Of a stretch of DNA of 64,000 nt, positions 29,284 through 38,945 are shown in pieces. The first letter of the stretch is position 1, and each line of letters starts with the position of its first letter. The translations under genes were made by a program, and so were the position numbers. The stretch spans positions 1,632,001-1,696,000 of the forward strand of contig JAKFCY010000002.1 of assembly GCA_036676395.1 (NCBI GenBank), read 5' to 3'. The stretch comes from Bdellovibrio sp. (GTDB lineage: Bacteria > Bdellovibrionota > Bdellovibrionia > Bdellovibrionales > Bdellovibrionaceae). The notes beneath the pieces are model-generated. The model was not told the origin of the DNA and did not search any database. It saw nothing but the letters and a program-made list of their open reading frames with translations.

Positions 29284-30545
29284 TGACGGAACTGCGGATT
29301 AACGACAAAGACAAAGTGATCGTAGTTGGGGTCGGTTTAAAAACTGAACCCATCTCTGAAATCAAAGAAAATCTTTGCGAACTTGAAGAGCTTGTCTCTG
29401 CCGCCGGTGGCGATGTGATTGGCTCAACAGTTCAGGTGTTACCTTCGTGGAATCCCAGCACTTTAATCGGCTCTGGCAAAGTGACCGAAATCAAAGAGAT
29501 GGTTCAAGAATCCGGCGCGCAAATTGTTGTCATCGATCATCAGTTATCAGGAATTCAATCCCGAAATTTACAAACTGAAATCGGCGTGCGCATTATTGAC
29601 CGTACGCAATTAATTTTAGATATTTTCGCCCAGCGTGCACGCACGTACGAAGGTAAACTTCAGGTAGAGCTGGCACAGCTTTTAGATCAAATGCCCCGCA
29701 TGATCGGCGCTTGGAATGATTCATTATCACGCTTAGGTGGTGGTATCGGCACACGCGGCCCCGGCGAATCAGCCTTAGAAAACGATCGCCGTCGCGCCAA
29801 AGAAAAAATTGCTTTAATTAAAAAGAAATTAGACGAAGTTTCACAACACCGTGCCCAGCACAGACAATCTCGTCGCCGTAATGAAGTTCCAAGTTTTGCT
29901 TTAATTGGTTATACCAATTCTGGAAAAAGTTCTTTATTAAATCGCCTAACAGGCGCTCAAGTTATGGCAAAAAACATGCTCTTTGCAACTCTTGATCCGA
30001 CAACCAGAAAAGTCTTTTTAGATGATGGCCCTCCAGCAGTTGTCACCGACACCGTAGGATTTATCAGAAAATTACCGACACAACTTATTGAGGCGTTCAA
30101 AGCTACGCTTGAAGAGTCTGCCGAAGCTGACATTCTTCTTCATGTCATCGATTTGTCGTCGCCAAATATGGAGCGCCAAATTGAAGTTGTTGATGGTCTA
30201 ATTAAAGAATTTGGCTGGGATAAGCAAAAGGTCATTCATATTTTTAATAAATGTGATGTGGCTTCACCGGATCGCCAGTTCAGAGTAAAACAATTTCCGC
30301 GCCTTTTTGTAAGTGCTTTAACAGGACAAGGTTTTGAGCAGCTTAAAAAAATGATGTCTGATTCAATCAATGAAATGCAAACCGAAGTAGAATTGTATTT
30401 TGCACATACCCAAGAATTTAAAATTTACGACCTTAGTCGAGAAGCTAAAATCACGCGTAAAGAGCCTGCCACAGAGGGCACCGTGTGCTATGCACTGATG
30501 ACCCCGACCTTAATCAACAAGTGGCGCGATTTCCTCGTAAAATAG
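29283..30545 (+). CDS. hflX: GTPase HflX
   Basis: DRTQLILDIFAQRA, GGGIGTRGPGE, GYTNSGKSS, FATLDPT, DTVGF, NKCD. Confidence 0.95.
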   Translation: MTELRINDKDKVIVVGVGLKTEPISEIKENLCELEELVSAAGGDVIGSTVQVLPSWNPSTLIGSGKVTEIKEMVQESGAQIVVIDHQLSGIQSRNLQTEIGVRIIDRTQLILDIFAQRARTYEGKLQVELAQLLDQMPRMIGAWNDSLSRLGGGIGTRGPGESALENDRRRAKEKIALIKKKLDEVSQHRAQHRQSRRRNEVPSFALIGYTNSGKSSLLNRLTGAQVMAKNMLFATLDPTTRKVFLDDGPPAVVTDTVGFIRKLPTQLIEAFKATLEESAEADILLHVIDLSSPNMERQIEVVDGLIKEFGWDKQKVIHIFNKCDVASPDRQFRVKQFPRLFVSALTGQGFEQLKKMMSDSINEMQTEVELYFAHTQEFKIYDLSREAKITRKEPATEGTVCYALMTPTLINKWRDFLVK

Positions 30546-30570
30546 CCTTATTGTTTGTTACAATTTAACA

Positions 30571-31716
30571 ATGAACAAAATCAAATCTGCTCTAGTGATT
30601 GTAGCACTTTTTCCTTTAACTGTTTTAGCTGACTCAGGCGAACAATGTTTATCAGGCACTTCAGGCAACAATCACTTACTGCATCAGCTTGCTCGTGTTA
30701 AAAATTCAAGCGCGGTCAGTCGCGAACTTACAAAAAAATATAATTTAGAGTCTACACATGCCGAGCCACCAGCGGGTCTTCCTTGTGCAAGTTGCCAACA
30801 AGGCCCCGGAAGCAATCCACTCAATGTAGGTAACCACGCAACCGCGCAGCTTTTACGCCAAATCGCACCCGATGCCAGATTGTTAATGAATACAGAATGT
30901 TTATCTGCTGCTGGTAAAATCGATGCACCCACAAGCGAATTAAAATGTCCTGAAGGCAAACTCTCACCAAAACACAATTTCTGTTTTAACTCTAATTTAA
31001 TGCGCTATCAAAATGCCGTGATTACAGATTTTTACAAATGCATAAAAAAATTAACAAACCTGCCTCTAACACCTGCTGGTTTATTTGAAATGTATTCTTT
31101 AGAATCTGGGTTTAAACCTCATTACACTTATGCAGGTGGTGTCGGTATCGGCCAGTTAACTGGAATCTTCATCGATGATATCAATCAAAAACATCGCGGT
31201 TTTAGCATCTTAAAAAAAGTCGCCGACACCAGCGATGCTGATTGCGATATCGCAAAAAAGATCGCCGCTAAAGATGTAAAAGCTCCGGTCCGTTTAAATA
31301 ACAATCGTTGTAAGTTTGTTGAATATGGCGAAGGCATGGAGCGTAATGTGCTTTACACTATGATCGGAATGGCTAATTCTTGGAGCAAAGATTTAGAGCC
31401 ACTTATGAGTGCCTACATTAAACGACACCACGGTAACCCGGCCTTACCACGGGTTCAAGAATTAGCCCTGCTGAATGGCTATGGCCCTGGCGGAAGAGCC
31501 GCTGCTCGTGCTGCGATTCGCCGTTTAACAAAACTGAGTCCCGTTAAATTTGCTACTACAATTAAAAAACCAATGTACGGCGGCAGAAGAGGTACCAACT
31601 TAACAAGTTATCTGGGTAAAATGGATAAGCGTCAAACACAATTGTTAGCAGATATGTCACCAAGTTTACGCAATGAGTACACGAAACAAGGAGCTCGCGC
31701 ATGTATCAACAACTAA
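30571..31716 (+). CDS. Secreted Cys-rich protein with divergent lytic-transglycosylase (SLT)-like motifs
   Basis: Signal peptide; LESGFKP, GVGIGQLT, LNGYGPGG in SLT motif I/II/III order. Confidence 0.5.
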   Translation: MNKIKSALVIVALFPLTVLADSGEQCLSGTSGNNHLLHQLARVKNSSAVSRELTKKYNLESTHAEPPAGLPCASCQQGPGSNPLNVGNHATAQLLRQIAPDARLLMNTECLSAAGKIDAPTSELKCPEGKLSPKHNFCFNSNLMRYQNAVITDFYKCIKKLTNLPLTPAGLFEMYSLESGFKPHYTYAGGVGIGQLTGIFIDDINQKHRGFSILKKVADTSDADCDIAKKIAAKDVKAPVRLNNNRCKFVEYGEGMERNVLYTMIGMANSWSKDLEPLMSAYIKRHHGNPALPRVQELALLNGYGPGGRAAARAAIRRLTKLSPVKFATTIKKPMYGGRRGTNLTSYLGKMDKRQTQLLADMSPSLRNEYTKQGARACINN

Positions 31717-32120
31717 GCTTAATCATAGCCCTATTAATTTCTGTTTCTGCTTTAGCCTCAACTCCGACGTCATTATCGCCTGAGTTAAGAAAAGACTATG
31801 ATGAGTTTCAAAAATCTTACGAAGATGCTGTGACGATGTCTGAAGATAAAGCTAAATTCTTAAAAGAATTTAAAGGCATCGAAACTAATTTGCAAAAAAA
31901 ATACAAAGCTTTTGATAAAAAAGAAGGCCAAGCTATCACCAACGAAGGCAATCAAATGGCCTTAGATATCGAAATGCTTGAGCCGTTAAAAATCATTGCT
32001 GAAGGCAATGCCTCTGAAGAAAGCTGCTCAAACGCCAAATTTATTAATGAATTAAATAATCAATCAGATGCAAAAACTTACGATAAATTAAAAGCGCAGA
32101 TCACTAAACTTTGCAGGTAA
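31701..32120 (+). CDS. Small secreted helical hypothetical protein
   Basis: AAGGAG SD, signal peptide ending ALA, two Cys; overlaps upstream gene by 16 bp. Confidence 0.7.
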   Translation: MYQQLSLIIALLISVSALASTPTSLSPELRKDYDEFQKSYEDAVTMSEDKAKFLKEFKGIETNLQKKYKAFDKKEGQAITNEGNQMALDIEMLEPLKIIAEGNASEESCSNAKFINELNNQSDAKTYDKLKAQITKLCR

Positions 32121-32132
32121 CTGCAAACGTAA

Positions 32133-32252
32133 CTACCGAAAAAAAATCATCAGAGCAGGTACAACAAAGACCATAAGTAAAAATACCTGTTCTTGTTTTT
32201 GTGAAGCTCTGTTTCTTTTAGCAATTTCTAAGCTACCTCTAGATAAATTCAT
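32133..32252 (-). pseudogene. 39-aa truncated paralogue of the FG-GAP lipoprotein leader
   Basis: MNLSRGSLEIAKRNRASQKQEQVFLLMVFVVPALMIFFR* aligns by eye with RGSQKREHILFKMIVVVPVLMLWF of the 34183 gene; AAGGGG SD. Confidence 0.55.
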
Positions 32253-32288
32253 TAAAACCCCTTTCAACATCCCCTTACAGATTTATAA

Positions 32289-32304
32289 AGCAAACTAGAC
32301 GCCA
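32289..32304 (-). promoter_or_regulatory. Sigma54 promoter
   Basis: TGGCGT-CTAGT-TTGCT (GG-N10-GC). Confidence 0.65.
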
Positions 32305-32618
32305 CCGCTAAGACCCATCACAATGCATAACACAAATACTGTAGAATATAATTTAGTCACATTCACTCGGGACGACGATGCTAAGTTAGCAGATTTACAG
32401 ACAGATTCATGAATAAGTCATGAATCTTTACAAGTGTTAGGATTTAACTCATGTCTCAGAAAGCGACATGCTCAGTCTTCGGCCCCGACTGAAATCCGAG
32501 CTTACTTGGTGCACGGTCTTGAAAAACTAACACCAAAAGACCCGCTAAAATCACGCACAAAAATATATTCAGTTTCTTAAAAAAATCTACCGTCATAAAT
32601 CCTCCTATTGAAAAAATA

Positions 32619-34183
32619 TTACTTACACTTAACTTCAGGAATATCCTGAAAGGTATTTCTCTTAAAGGCCTTCGGCAATTGCCCCATCGAATACGTTTGT
32701 GAAGTGGCTCTTAAATCATCTGTCACATTCGTGATAAAATAATTGTGCTGATTCCATACCGCCCGGGTTGGCATCCATGAGCCTTCTACGCTTGGGCCAA
32801 ATACTCTGACACCATTCATTTTATAAAAAGGACTATCGGGCTTCAGATCATAAGAGTAAGAATTTTGTGCCACGATAAGATCTGCGTAGCCATCACCATC
32901 TGCATCAGCAACAACCGGATATTCACTTAAAGTTCCACTTGGATTTTTTGTTTGCCAAATTGTTTTTAAATTTAGCGAGCCATCCAATTCATAAATTCGA
33001 AGATACTGTTCGTCGGCGTAAATAATCTCTGGCTTACTATCACCATTAAAATCAAAAGAAGCCACGCCGGTTTTTCTTGAAGAACAATCGGTTGTTAAAC
33101 TGCCCGCGATTTTATTTCCAGACACATCATAAATCGTCAAGGAGCGGCCCGTAGCGATGGCGATCTCTAACGACTGGGATCGCCATCAAAATCCCCGATC
33201 GTAGCCTGCCCGCCACCGATAACGCCCGTACAGGTACTGTTTGTGTGTTCAGTTAACGCCTTATCAACAATCAGCACACCTTTAGAGGAGTAAACCTGAA
33301 ACGAAGACCCGCCGGCTAAAACAATTTCAGAACCCAGATGATTTTTATAAATATCTGCAATCGCCGGAAATCCTGTTTTAGAAAATTTAGAAATGGTTTT
33401 TCCCTGAACGTTCATAATTCCACCAGCGTTAACGATGCTCATTTTTGTAAGCGTACTCATCGGTTGCAAATTCACTGGTACATTATAACAGGCTACAATT
33501 TCAAGATTGGCCTTAACGAAAGGAATTTTACCTTTAGATTCTGAAACCACAAATCCAGGGGCTACGATATCTGCAATACCATCATTATCAATATCGGCAG
33601 CGGATAGTGAATCATCACAATTCATAGAACCAGAGGGTTTGTTTAAAACCCAGCGCTCTGACCCATCAGAATTAAGCGCAATCATGTTAACACTGCCTGA
33701 AACAGCACGGCTTAGATAGATGACTTCACCTTTGCCATCACCTTCAATATCAATTAACAAAGGCGCCATTGATCCAAAAGACATATGTTCAGGCTTCATT
33801 GCTGACCATTTTTCCTGCCCATTAGCACCGCTAATTACACGCACATAACCTGGTGAATTATAACTACCACCTTTAAAAGTTGTGAATGCAATTTCTGGAA
33901 TTCCATCACCATCAATATCACCAACCACAGGGGTTGACATCACCTGACTGTATAATGGCTCTTGAGTTGAAGCATGATCCCAAGCAAATTTTAGCTTAGG
34001 AATAATTTCATAAACTGTCATATCACGACAGATTGGTGCCGCAGCTTGAAGCGATGCCGTGTCGACTTTAAAATCCATTTTTGAAGAAGAACAATTTTGA
34101 AACCACAGCATCAAAACAGGAACTACGACTATCATTTTAAATAAGATGTGCTCGCGTTTTTGCGAACCGCGTACTGATTTCAT
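32619..34183 (-). pseudogene. FG-GAP/VCBS repeat lipoprotein, frameshifted near 33170
   Basis: FQNC lipobox; repeats GDIDGDG, DIEGDG, DIDNDG, GDFDGD, DFNGD, DADGDG. The two ORFs are in different frames and join with one added base. Confidence 0.75.
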
Positions 34184-34208
34184 CGATCCCCCACCCAGCT
34201 TTATGTAA

Positions 34209-34224
34209 AGCAATTTGGTCGCCA
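34209..34224 (-). promoter_or_regulatory. Sigma54 promoter
   Basis: TGGCGA-CCAAA-TTGCT (GG-N10-GC), about 25 bp upstream of the ATG at 34183. Confidence 0.65.
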
Positions 34225-34401
34225 TAGCGCGAAGGCGATTCTAGTCGCGGGCATAGAATCAGAGCGAATAAAATGTGATCACTTTTTATGAAGATAATAA
34301 GCTAACTTACTAAATTAACTTAAGCTTTACGAAATAGTCTTAATACTCAACGACTGTCAGAATTAAAACCATGTCGCAATCTGAGATCAAAACAACTTAA
34401 A

Positions 34402-34878
34402 CTAAGCTTCCACTTTGCGTTGCTGAATACGATGTTCGCGGCGTTTTTTAGCAGCTTCGAAACGGCGTTTCTCAGTTTCAGTTTCCAACACTAAACTTGG
34501 AACCTTAGCAGATCTGCCATCAGAGCCTAAAGCAACAAACGTTAAATAAGATGAAGCGGTATGAAAAATTTCACCTGTTCTAGGATTTTCAGCATCAACA
34601 CGCACACCGATTTCCATAGACGAAGTAGAAACAAAATTCACCGAGGCTTTCAAGTTAACAACCCAACCGCGCTTTACCGGAGCAATAAAATCTAAACGGT
34701 CGATTGACGCTGTTACGACTTCTTTACCTGAGTGGCGCTGAGCTGCAATGGCGGCAGCAATATCAATCCAAGACATGATGGTTCCGCCAAAAATCGTATC
34801 AAAAGAATTTGTGTGTGATGGCAAAACAAGTTGGGTCATGATGACCTGAGAACGAGAAACAGATTTAGCTTCCGACAT
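34402..34878 (-). CDS. Acyl-CoA thioesterase (YciA-type hot-dog fold)
   Basis: PSHTN..TIFGG..MSWIDIAA, VVTASID, SSMEIGV, TFVAL. Confidence 0.88.
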   Translation of the reverse strand: MSEAKSVSRSQVIMTQLVLPSHTNSFDTIFGGTIMSWIDIAAAIAAQRHSGKEVVTASIDRLDFIAPVKRGWVVNLKASVNFVSTSSMEIGVRVDAENPRTGEIFHTASSYLTFVALGSDGRSAKVPSLVLETETEKRRFEAAKKRREHRIQQRKVEA

Positions 34879-34914
34879 GATGATATCTCCGGGTGAATAT
34901 CTAAAGCATAACAC

Positions 34915-34952
34915 AAAAAAAAACGGGACATCAATTAAGATGACCCGTTTTT
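34915..34952 (-). terminator. Rho-independent terminator after the LuxR-type gene
   Basis: A9-CGGG-ACATC-AATTAA-GATGA-CCCG-T5 stem-loop. Confidence 0.7.
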
Positions 34953-34979
34953 GATTTAACTAAATAAATCTGATAAGAA

Positions 34980-35354
34980 CTAAACGCCTAAATCAGAGTT
35001 ACCATTGTTACGGCCGATGCCGCCACCTGGTAAAGTGATTGTCGTGCTCCCAGCAGGGATTGTCGTCGTAGTAGTAGCCTGTGTATTAAAAGCAGTTGCT
35101 CCAGCAGGTTGAGAGGCTTCCATACGTGCATCGCTTTCAACAAATCCTAAGTGCGGTAAGCACCATACGATTAATTGTGCGCGTGATTTAACATTCATTT
35201 TTTTATAAATGTTTGTTAAATGAAATTTTACAGTTTTTTCTGTAACGAATAATTGATTCGCAACTTCTTTGTTCGAAAGACCTTTAGAAACTAGTTCAGC
35301 AACTTCTGCTTCACGATTAGAAAGACCCTTTTGAATTAAAACATCTCTGAGCAT
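34980..35354 (-). CDS. Stand-alone LuxR-family HTH regulator with low-complexity tail
   Basis: LSNREAEVAELVSKGLSNKEVANQLFVTEKTVKFHLTNIYKK; GGAGGAG SD. Confidence 0.88.
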   Translation of the reverse strand: MLRDVLIQKGLSNREAEVAELVSKGLSNKEVANQLFVTEKTVKFHLTNIYKKMNVKSRAQLIVWCLPHLGFVESDARMEASQPAGATAFNTQATTTTTIPAGSTTITLPGGGIGRNNGNSDLGV

Positions 35355-35598
35355 CCTTGCTCCTCCTGCTTAATTGTTTTTTGTTTAATACAGCTAATTT
35401 TTTTGTGTCACCCTGAGACTAGTCTTGATTTCCTTATCTCGACTTTGCTTCAGATTAACAACAACAACCTGAATTTAAGTCTGACAGACTTTCGATAGAA
35501 CGCAATACCTTTGGCTTTATTTTTTTTTAAAACTAGACCGACCTCGTCAAAATCCCCGCAAACCTAGTAGATTCTAAGGAAATTTGTAGAAATTAACA

Positions 35599-35625
35599 TA
35601 AGAAATCGAATCAATTAACCGATAA
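35599..35625 (+). promoter_or_regulatory. Sigma28 (FliA) promoter of cheY-cheX
   Basis: TAAG-N15-ACCGATAA upstream of AAGGAG SD. Confidence 0.65.
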
Positions 35626-35645
35626 GTCTGGGGTAAGGAGTCTAC

Positions 35646-36065
35646 ATGTTTATCCCAAATACAAAGTTTCTCATCGTCGATGATTTTGCAACAATGCGCA
35701 AGGTAGTCAAAAAGGTTCTGGTCGAGCTTGGCTACAGCGATATTCTTGAAGCCGAAGACGGAAAAATAGCATTACAGTTAATTCAAGACGCTGCCAACAG
35801 TGGCGCCCCTTTTCAATGTATCGTGTCTGATTGGAATATGCCAAATATGACAGGGCTTGAGCTACTAAAAGCCTGCAAGGCTGATCCTAAGCTTAAAGAG
35901 ACACCGTTCATGCTAGTCACCGCAGAGAGTGAAAAAGAACAAATCATCGAAGCAGCTAAGGCCGGCGTATCTGAATACGTGGTTAAGCCCTTCAACGCGG
36001 CTACTTTAAAAGATAAACTTACTCGCGTGTACAATAAACATAATCCAGCAGCGAAGGCGGCGTAA
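35646..36065 (+). CDS. cheY: Chemotaxis response regulator CheY
   Basis: IVDDFATMR, SDWNMPNMTG, VTAE, YVVKPF. Confidence 0.9.
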   Translation: MFIPNTKFLIVDDFATMRKVVKKVLVELGYSDILEAEDGKIALQLIQDAANSGAPFQCIVSDWNMPNMTGLELLKACKADPKLKETPFMLVTAESEKEQIIEAAKAGVSEYVVKPFNAATLKDKLTRVYNKHNPAAKAA

Positions 36066-36572
36066 GTGTCTACAGCTTTAAAAATTTCCACATTAAAAAA
36101 CCCACTCTTTGAAAAAATCGTAGTGGGTAACATTTGTGCCGGCATCAAAGACACATTAACTCAACTAGGCCCTTTTACGACAGAATTTCAACCGCATTTT
36201 TTTGCGGCTAAATGGGTTGTACCAACTCCGATTTCAGTGATTTTAAATTTAAAACAAGATGAACAACCCATACAGGTGCGTTTTCATTTCGACCCAAAAC
36301 CAGTTATTGATATCTTAGAAGGCATGATTGGCGATAAAGTTGACCCTGAATCTCAAGATATTTTAGACGGCGTTGGCGAAATCAGTAATATGATTTATGG
36401 CCTTATTAAATCTAAAGCCAATAGCTCAGGGTTTTCTTTCGGCATGAGCCGCCCCGAAGCTTGTTTTACAAAAGATATTCCGCCAAATGCGAATCCTAAT
36501 GGCCAAAGTTTAGTGATTCCATTTTCTGTTAACGGCAGCGTCTGCCATTTTGAATTTATTGTATTTCAATAA
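36066..36572 (+). CDS. cheX: CheX-family phosphatase
   Basis: DGVGEISNMIYG (ExxN) motif; abuts cheY. Confidence 0.7.
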   Translation: MSTALKISTLKNPLFEKIVVGNICAGIKDTLTQLGPFTTEFQPHFFAAKWVVPTPISVILNLKQDEQPIQVRFHFDPKPVIDILEGMIGDKVDPESQDILDGVGEISNMIYGLIKSKANSSGFSFGMSRPEACFTKDIPPNANPNGQSLVIPFSVNGSVCHFEFIVFQ

Positions 36573-36574
36573 TT

Positions 36575-37816
36575 TTAATCGATCAAATTTTGATCTTGTA
36601 AAAAAATAAGGGCTTCGGAAGAAGTCCTTATTTTTTTTTCAAATTGAGCTTTGCGCACAAACTGCAAAAGCGTGGCGATTTGTGCAGGCGCACATCTTCC
36701 ATAAAACTCTGTGCCGCTTAATAAAGGCTTAGGAAATTCATTAAAATAACCCACAACGGCAGCATTTAGAGCTATTGAGCATTCCCCGTAGCTTGAATAA
36801 AATTGCAGTAGCATTAGTGAATGTTCTTTGTTCCGTTCTTTATCAATCAATAGCGTTAAGTCTAAAGCTTGCGGTTTTTTTGAAAGCTCATGTTTAAGAT
36901 CAATCGCTTTTTTAGCAAAAACCGCATCTTCTTTAGAGCATTTTAGCCGAGCTTTTAAAAACTGAGCTGCCTCAGGAGCATAACTCCATAAGATAACAAC
37001 ATTCATCACAAGCTGTTGTGCAGAGGTCATTGCCGTGGTTTTCAATGCAGGCAAAGCTAATAAGTTATTTGCATTAAACTCAGCCCCAAGGGACTTCCAT
37101 AATGCGGCCGTTAACTCTTGCCCCCAGAAAAGGCTTTCAGCATGGCTTTTAACTATCTTTAAAATCTCATCAAAAATGCGTTCACCGCTGACGGTACGAA
37201 TGAGATCGATATTATTTTTTGCAGCCATTAAGTCCGCTTCGGGGATTTCAAAACCAAGCTGCGCCTTAAAACGAGCTAACCTTAATAAGCGCAAATGATC
37301 TTCTTTAAATCTACGATCGGCATCACCAACACAACGTAGAATTTTATTTTCTAAATCTGAAACCCCACCAACATAATCCAAAACCTGATGTTTTTCTAAA
37401 TCATAAAATAACGCGTTTACGGTAAAGTCGCGACGTTTTGCATCTTCAAGCGGCGTTGCACGTTTAATACCTTGAGGCCTGCGACCATCAACATATTCGT
37501 CTTCTTCACGAAACACCGCTAGATCAATTATTATGTTTCTATTGTTGATAAAAAATGGAAGTTTATAAACGCCGAATTTTTGCCCAACGAGCACGGCTTT
37601 TGGAAAAAGCTCTAAGATTTCTTCATCACTGGCATCAGTCACCAAATCAATGTCAACCGGTGTGCGACCAAGCCACATATCACGAACTGCCCCGCCCGAA
37701 ACCCAGCACAGGCGCTTTTTTTGAGCTAAATCTTTAGAAACCCTATAAATAAAACTCGCCGACTCTAATAAATTCAAGCGATCAGTAAAATCAATTTCAT
37801 AAACAGAGTGACTCAT
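36575..37816 (-). CDS. cca: CCA-adding / tRNA nucleotidyltransferase (class II)
   Basis: GGAVRD, DIDLVT, RRDFTVNA, RFKEDHLRLLR; start reassigned (37816 or 37834). Confidence 0.82.
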   Translation of the reverse strand: MSHSVYEIDFTDRLNLLESASFIYRVSKDLAQKKRLCWVSGGAVRDMWLGRTPVDIDLVTDASDEEILELFPKAVLVGQKFGVYKLPFFINNRNIIIDLAVFREEDEYVDGRRPQGIKRATPLEDAKRRDFTVNALFYDLEKHQVLDYVGGVSDLENKILRCVGDADRRFKEDHLRLLRLARFKAQLGFEIPEADLMAAKNNIDLIRTVSGERIFDEILKIVKSHAESLFWGQELTAALWKSLGAEFNANNLLALPALKTTAMTSAQQLVMNVVILWSYAPEAAQFLKARLKCSKEDAVFAKKAIDLKHELSKKPQALDLTLLIDKERNKEHSLMLLQFYSSYGECSIALNAAVVGYFNEFPKPLLSGTEFYGRCAPAQIATLLQFVRKAQFEKKIRTSSEALIFLQDQNLID

Positions 37817-37853
37817 ATATATACTATCATTCATGGTTTCAGAGCCGCACACA

Positions 37854-38945
37854 ATGAAAAATTTATTTAAAGACCCTTTGGATTTAATGCTAGATCCAAA
37901 TCTGAAATCCCATTTGCAGCACATCAAACTTGATCAAAATTTTGATTTAGTCAGCGCGACAGCCTTGAATAAACCTTTGACCATCGACTTTTACAAAAAT
38001 TGGTTAGCCAATAACCAGCATGGCGACATGAATTATCTAGAAAGTCATCTCCCCCTTAAAGAAGACCCCACCCAAATTCATGCCAGCTTAAAATCAGCCA
38101 TCACCATCGCGTTTCATTATTTTCCGGCGATTAAACCGTATCAACAGCATGTTCCCGCGCGCGCCGCCCTTTACGCGCAAAATGAAGATTATCATTTTTG
38201 GCTAAAAGACAAACTCACCACCAGCATCAGTTATTTACAGACTCAATATCCCCATGAACATTTTTTTCCTTACGTGGATTCAGGTCCGGTCTTAGAACGC
38301 GACTTGGCTTATCAAGCAGGCCTTGGGTGGTTTGGTAAAAACACCTGCATTATCCATTCGCAAAAAGGCAGTTTGTTTTTCTTAGCTGAAATTTTAACTT
38401 CAATCGAAGTTAAAGAAAAACTGCCGTTACATGAAGACCTGTGCGGGTCTTGCAGTAAATGCATCGACATCTGCCCGACAGGTGCCTTATCAGGTGATAA
38501 AAAATTAAATGCCAATAAGTGCATTTCATATTTAACCATTGAATCAAAAACTGTCGCCCCTAAAGAGTTACGTCCCAAGATTAGCGATTGGTTTTTCGGC
38601 TGCGATTTGTGCCAGACCGTCTGCCCGTGGAACCAGAAAAAACTAAATATCCTTGTTCCTGAGCATAGCCAAAAATCAAGCGCACCATTTTTAAGTTTAA
38701 CTTCTGAAAAAGAACGAGAGCTAGAAGATTTTTTTCGCACGATTTTAGATTCTTCGAATAAAAAAATTCAAAAAATGTTTTACGGAACACCAATGTTAAG
38801 ATCTGGCGGCTTTGGCTTAAAACGCAATGCTATGGTGGTTATCGCCAACCGCAAAATGACTAACCTAAAAGCTGAAGTTGCAAAGTACAGTGAAGATCCA
38901 AAATTAGCCGAATTGGCTCAGTGGACACTCGAACAACTTAACTAA
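37854..38945 (+). CDS. queG: Epoxyqueuosine reductase QueG
   Basis: GDMNYL, YAQNEDYH, VDSGPVLER, GWFGKN, CxxCxxCxxxCPT, CISYLTIE, GCDLCQTVCPWN; start uncertain (37854 or 37887). Confidence 0.92.
   Translation: MKNLFKDPLDLMLDPNLKSHLQHIKLDQNFDLVSATALNKPLTIDFYKNWLANNQHGDMNYLESHLPLKEDPTQIHASLKSAITIAFHYFPAIKPYQQHVPARAALYAQNEDYHFWLKDKLTTSISYLQTQYPHEHFFPYVDSGPVLERDLAYQAGLGWFGKNTCIIHSQKGSLFFLAEILTSIEVKEKLPLHEDLCGSCSKCIDICPTGALSGDKKLNANKCISYLTIESKTVAPKELRPKISDWFFGCDLCQTVCPWNQKKLNILVPEHSQKSSAPFLSLTSEKERELEDFFRTILDSSNKKIQKMFYGTPMLRSGGFGLKRNAMVVIANRKMTNLKAEVAKYSEDPKLAELAQWTLEQLN

Noticed and set aside
32470..32505. Hairpin TCAGTC...GACTGA as a riboswitch (e.g. c-di-GMP)
   Set aside because: No recognisable aptamer consensus, and it lies upstream of the predicted sigma54 promoter.
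33167..33169. Possible TAG readthrough (pyrrolysine or suppression) joining the two FG-GAP ORFs
   Set aside because: The downstream ORF is in a different frame (26 nt between them), so a frameshift is needed, not readthrough.
37817..37927. Long head-to-head cca/queG overlap implied by the ORF track
   Set aside because: It depends on the most upstream starts; downstream ATGs (37816; 37854/37887) remove it without losing motifs.
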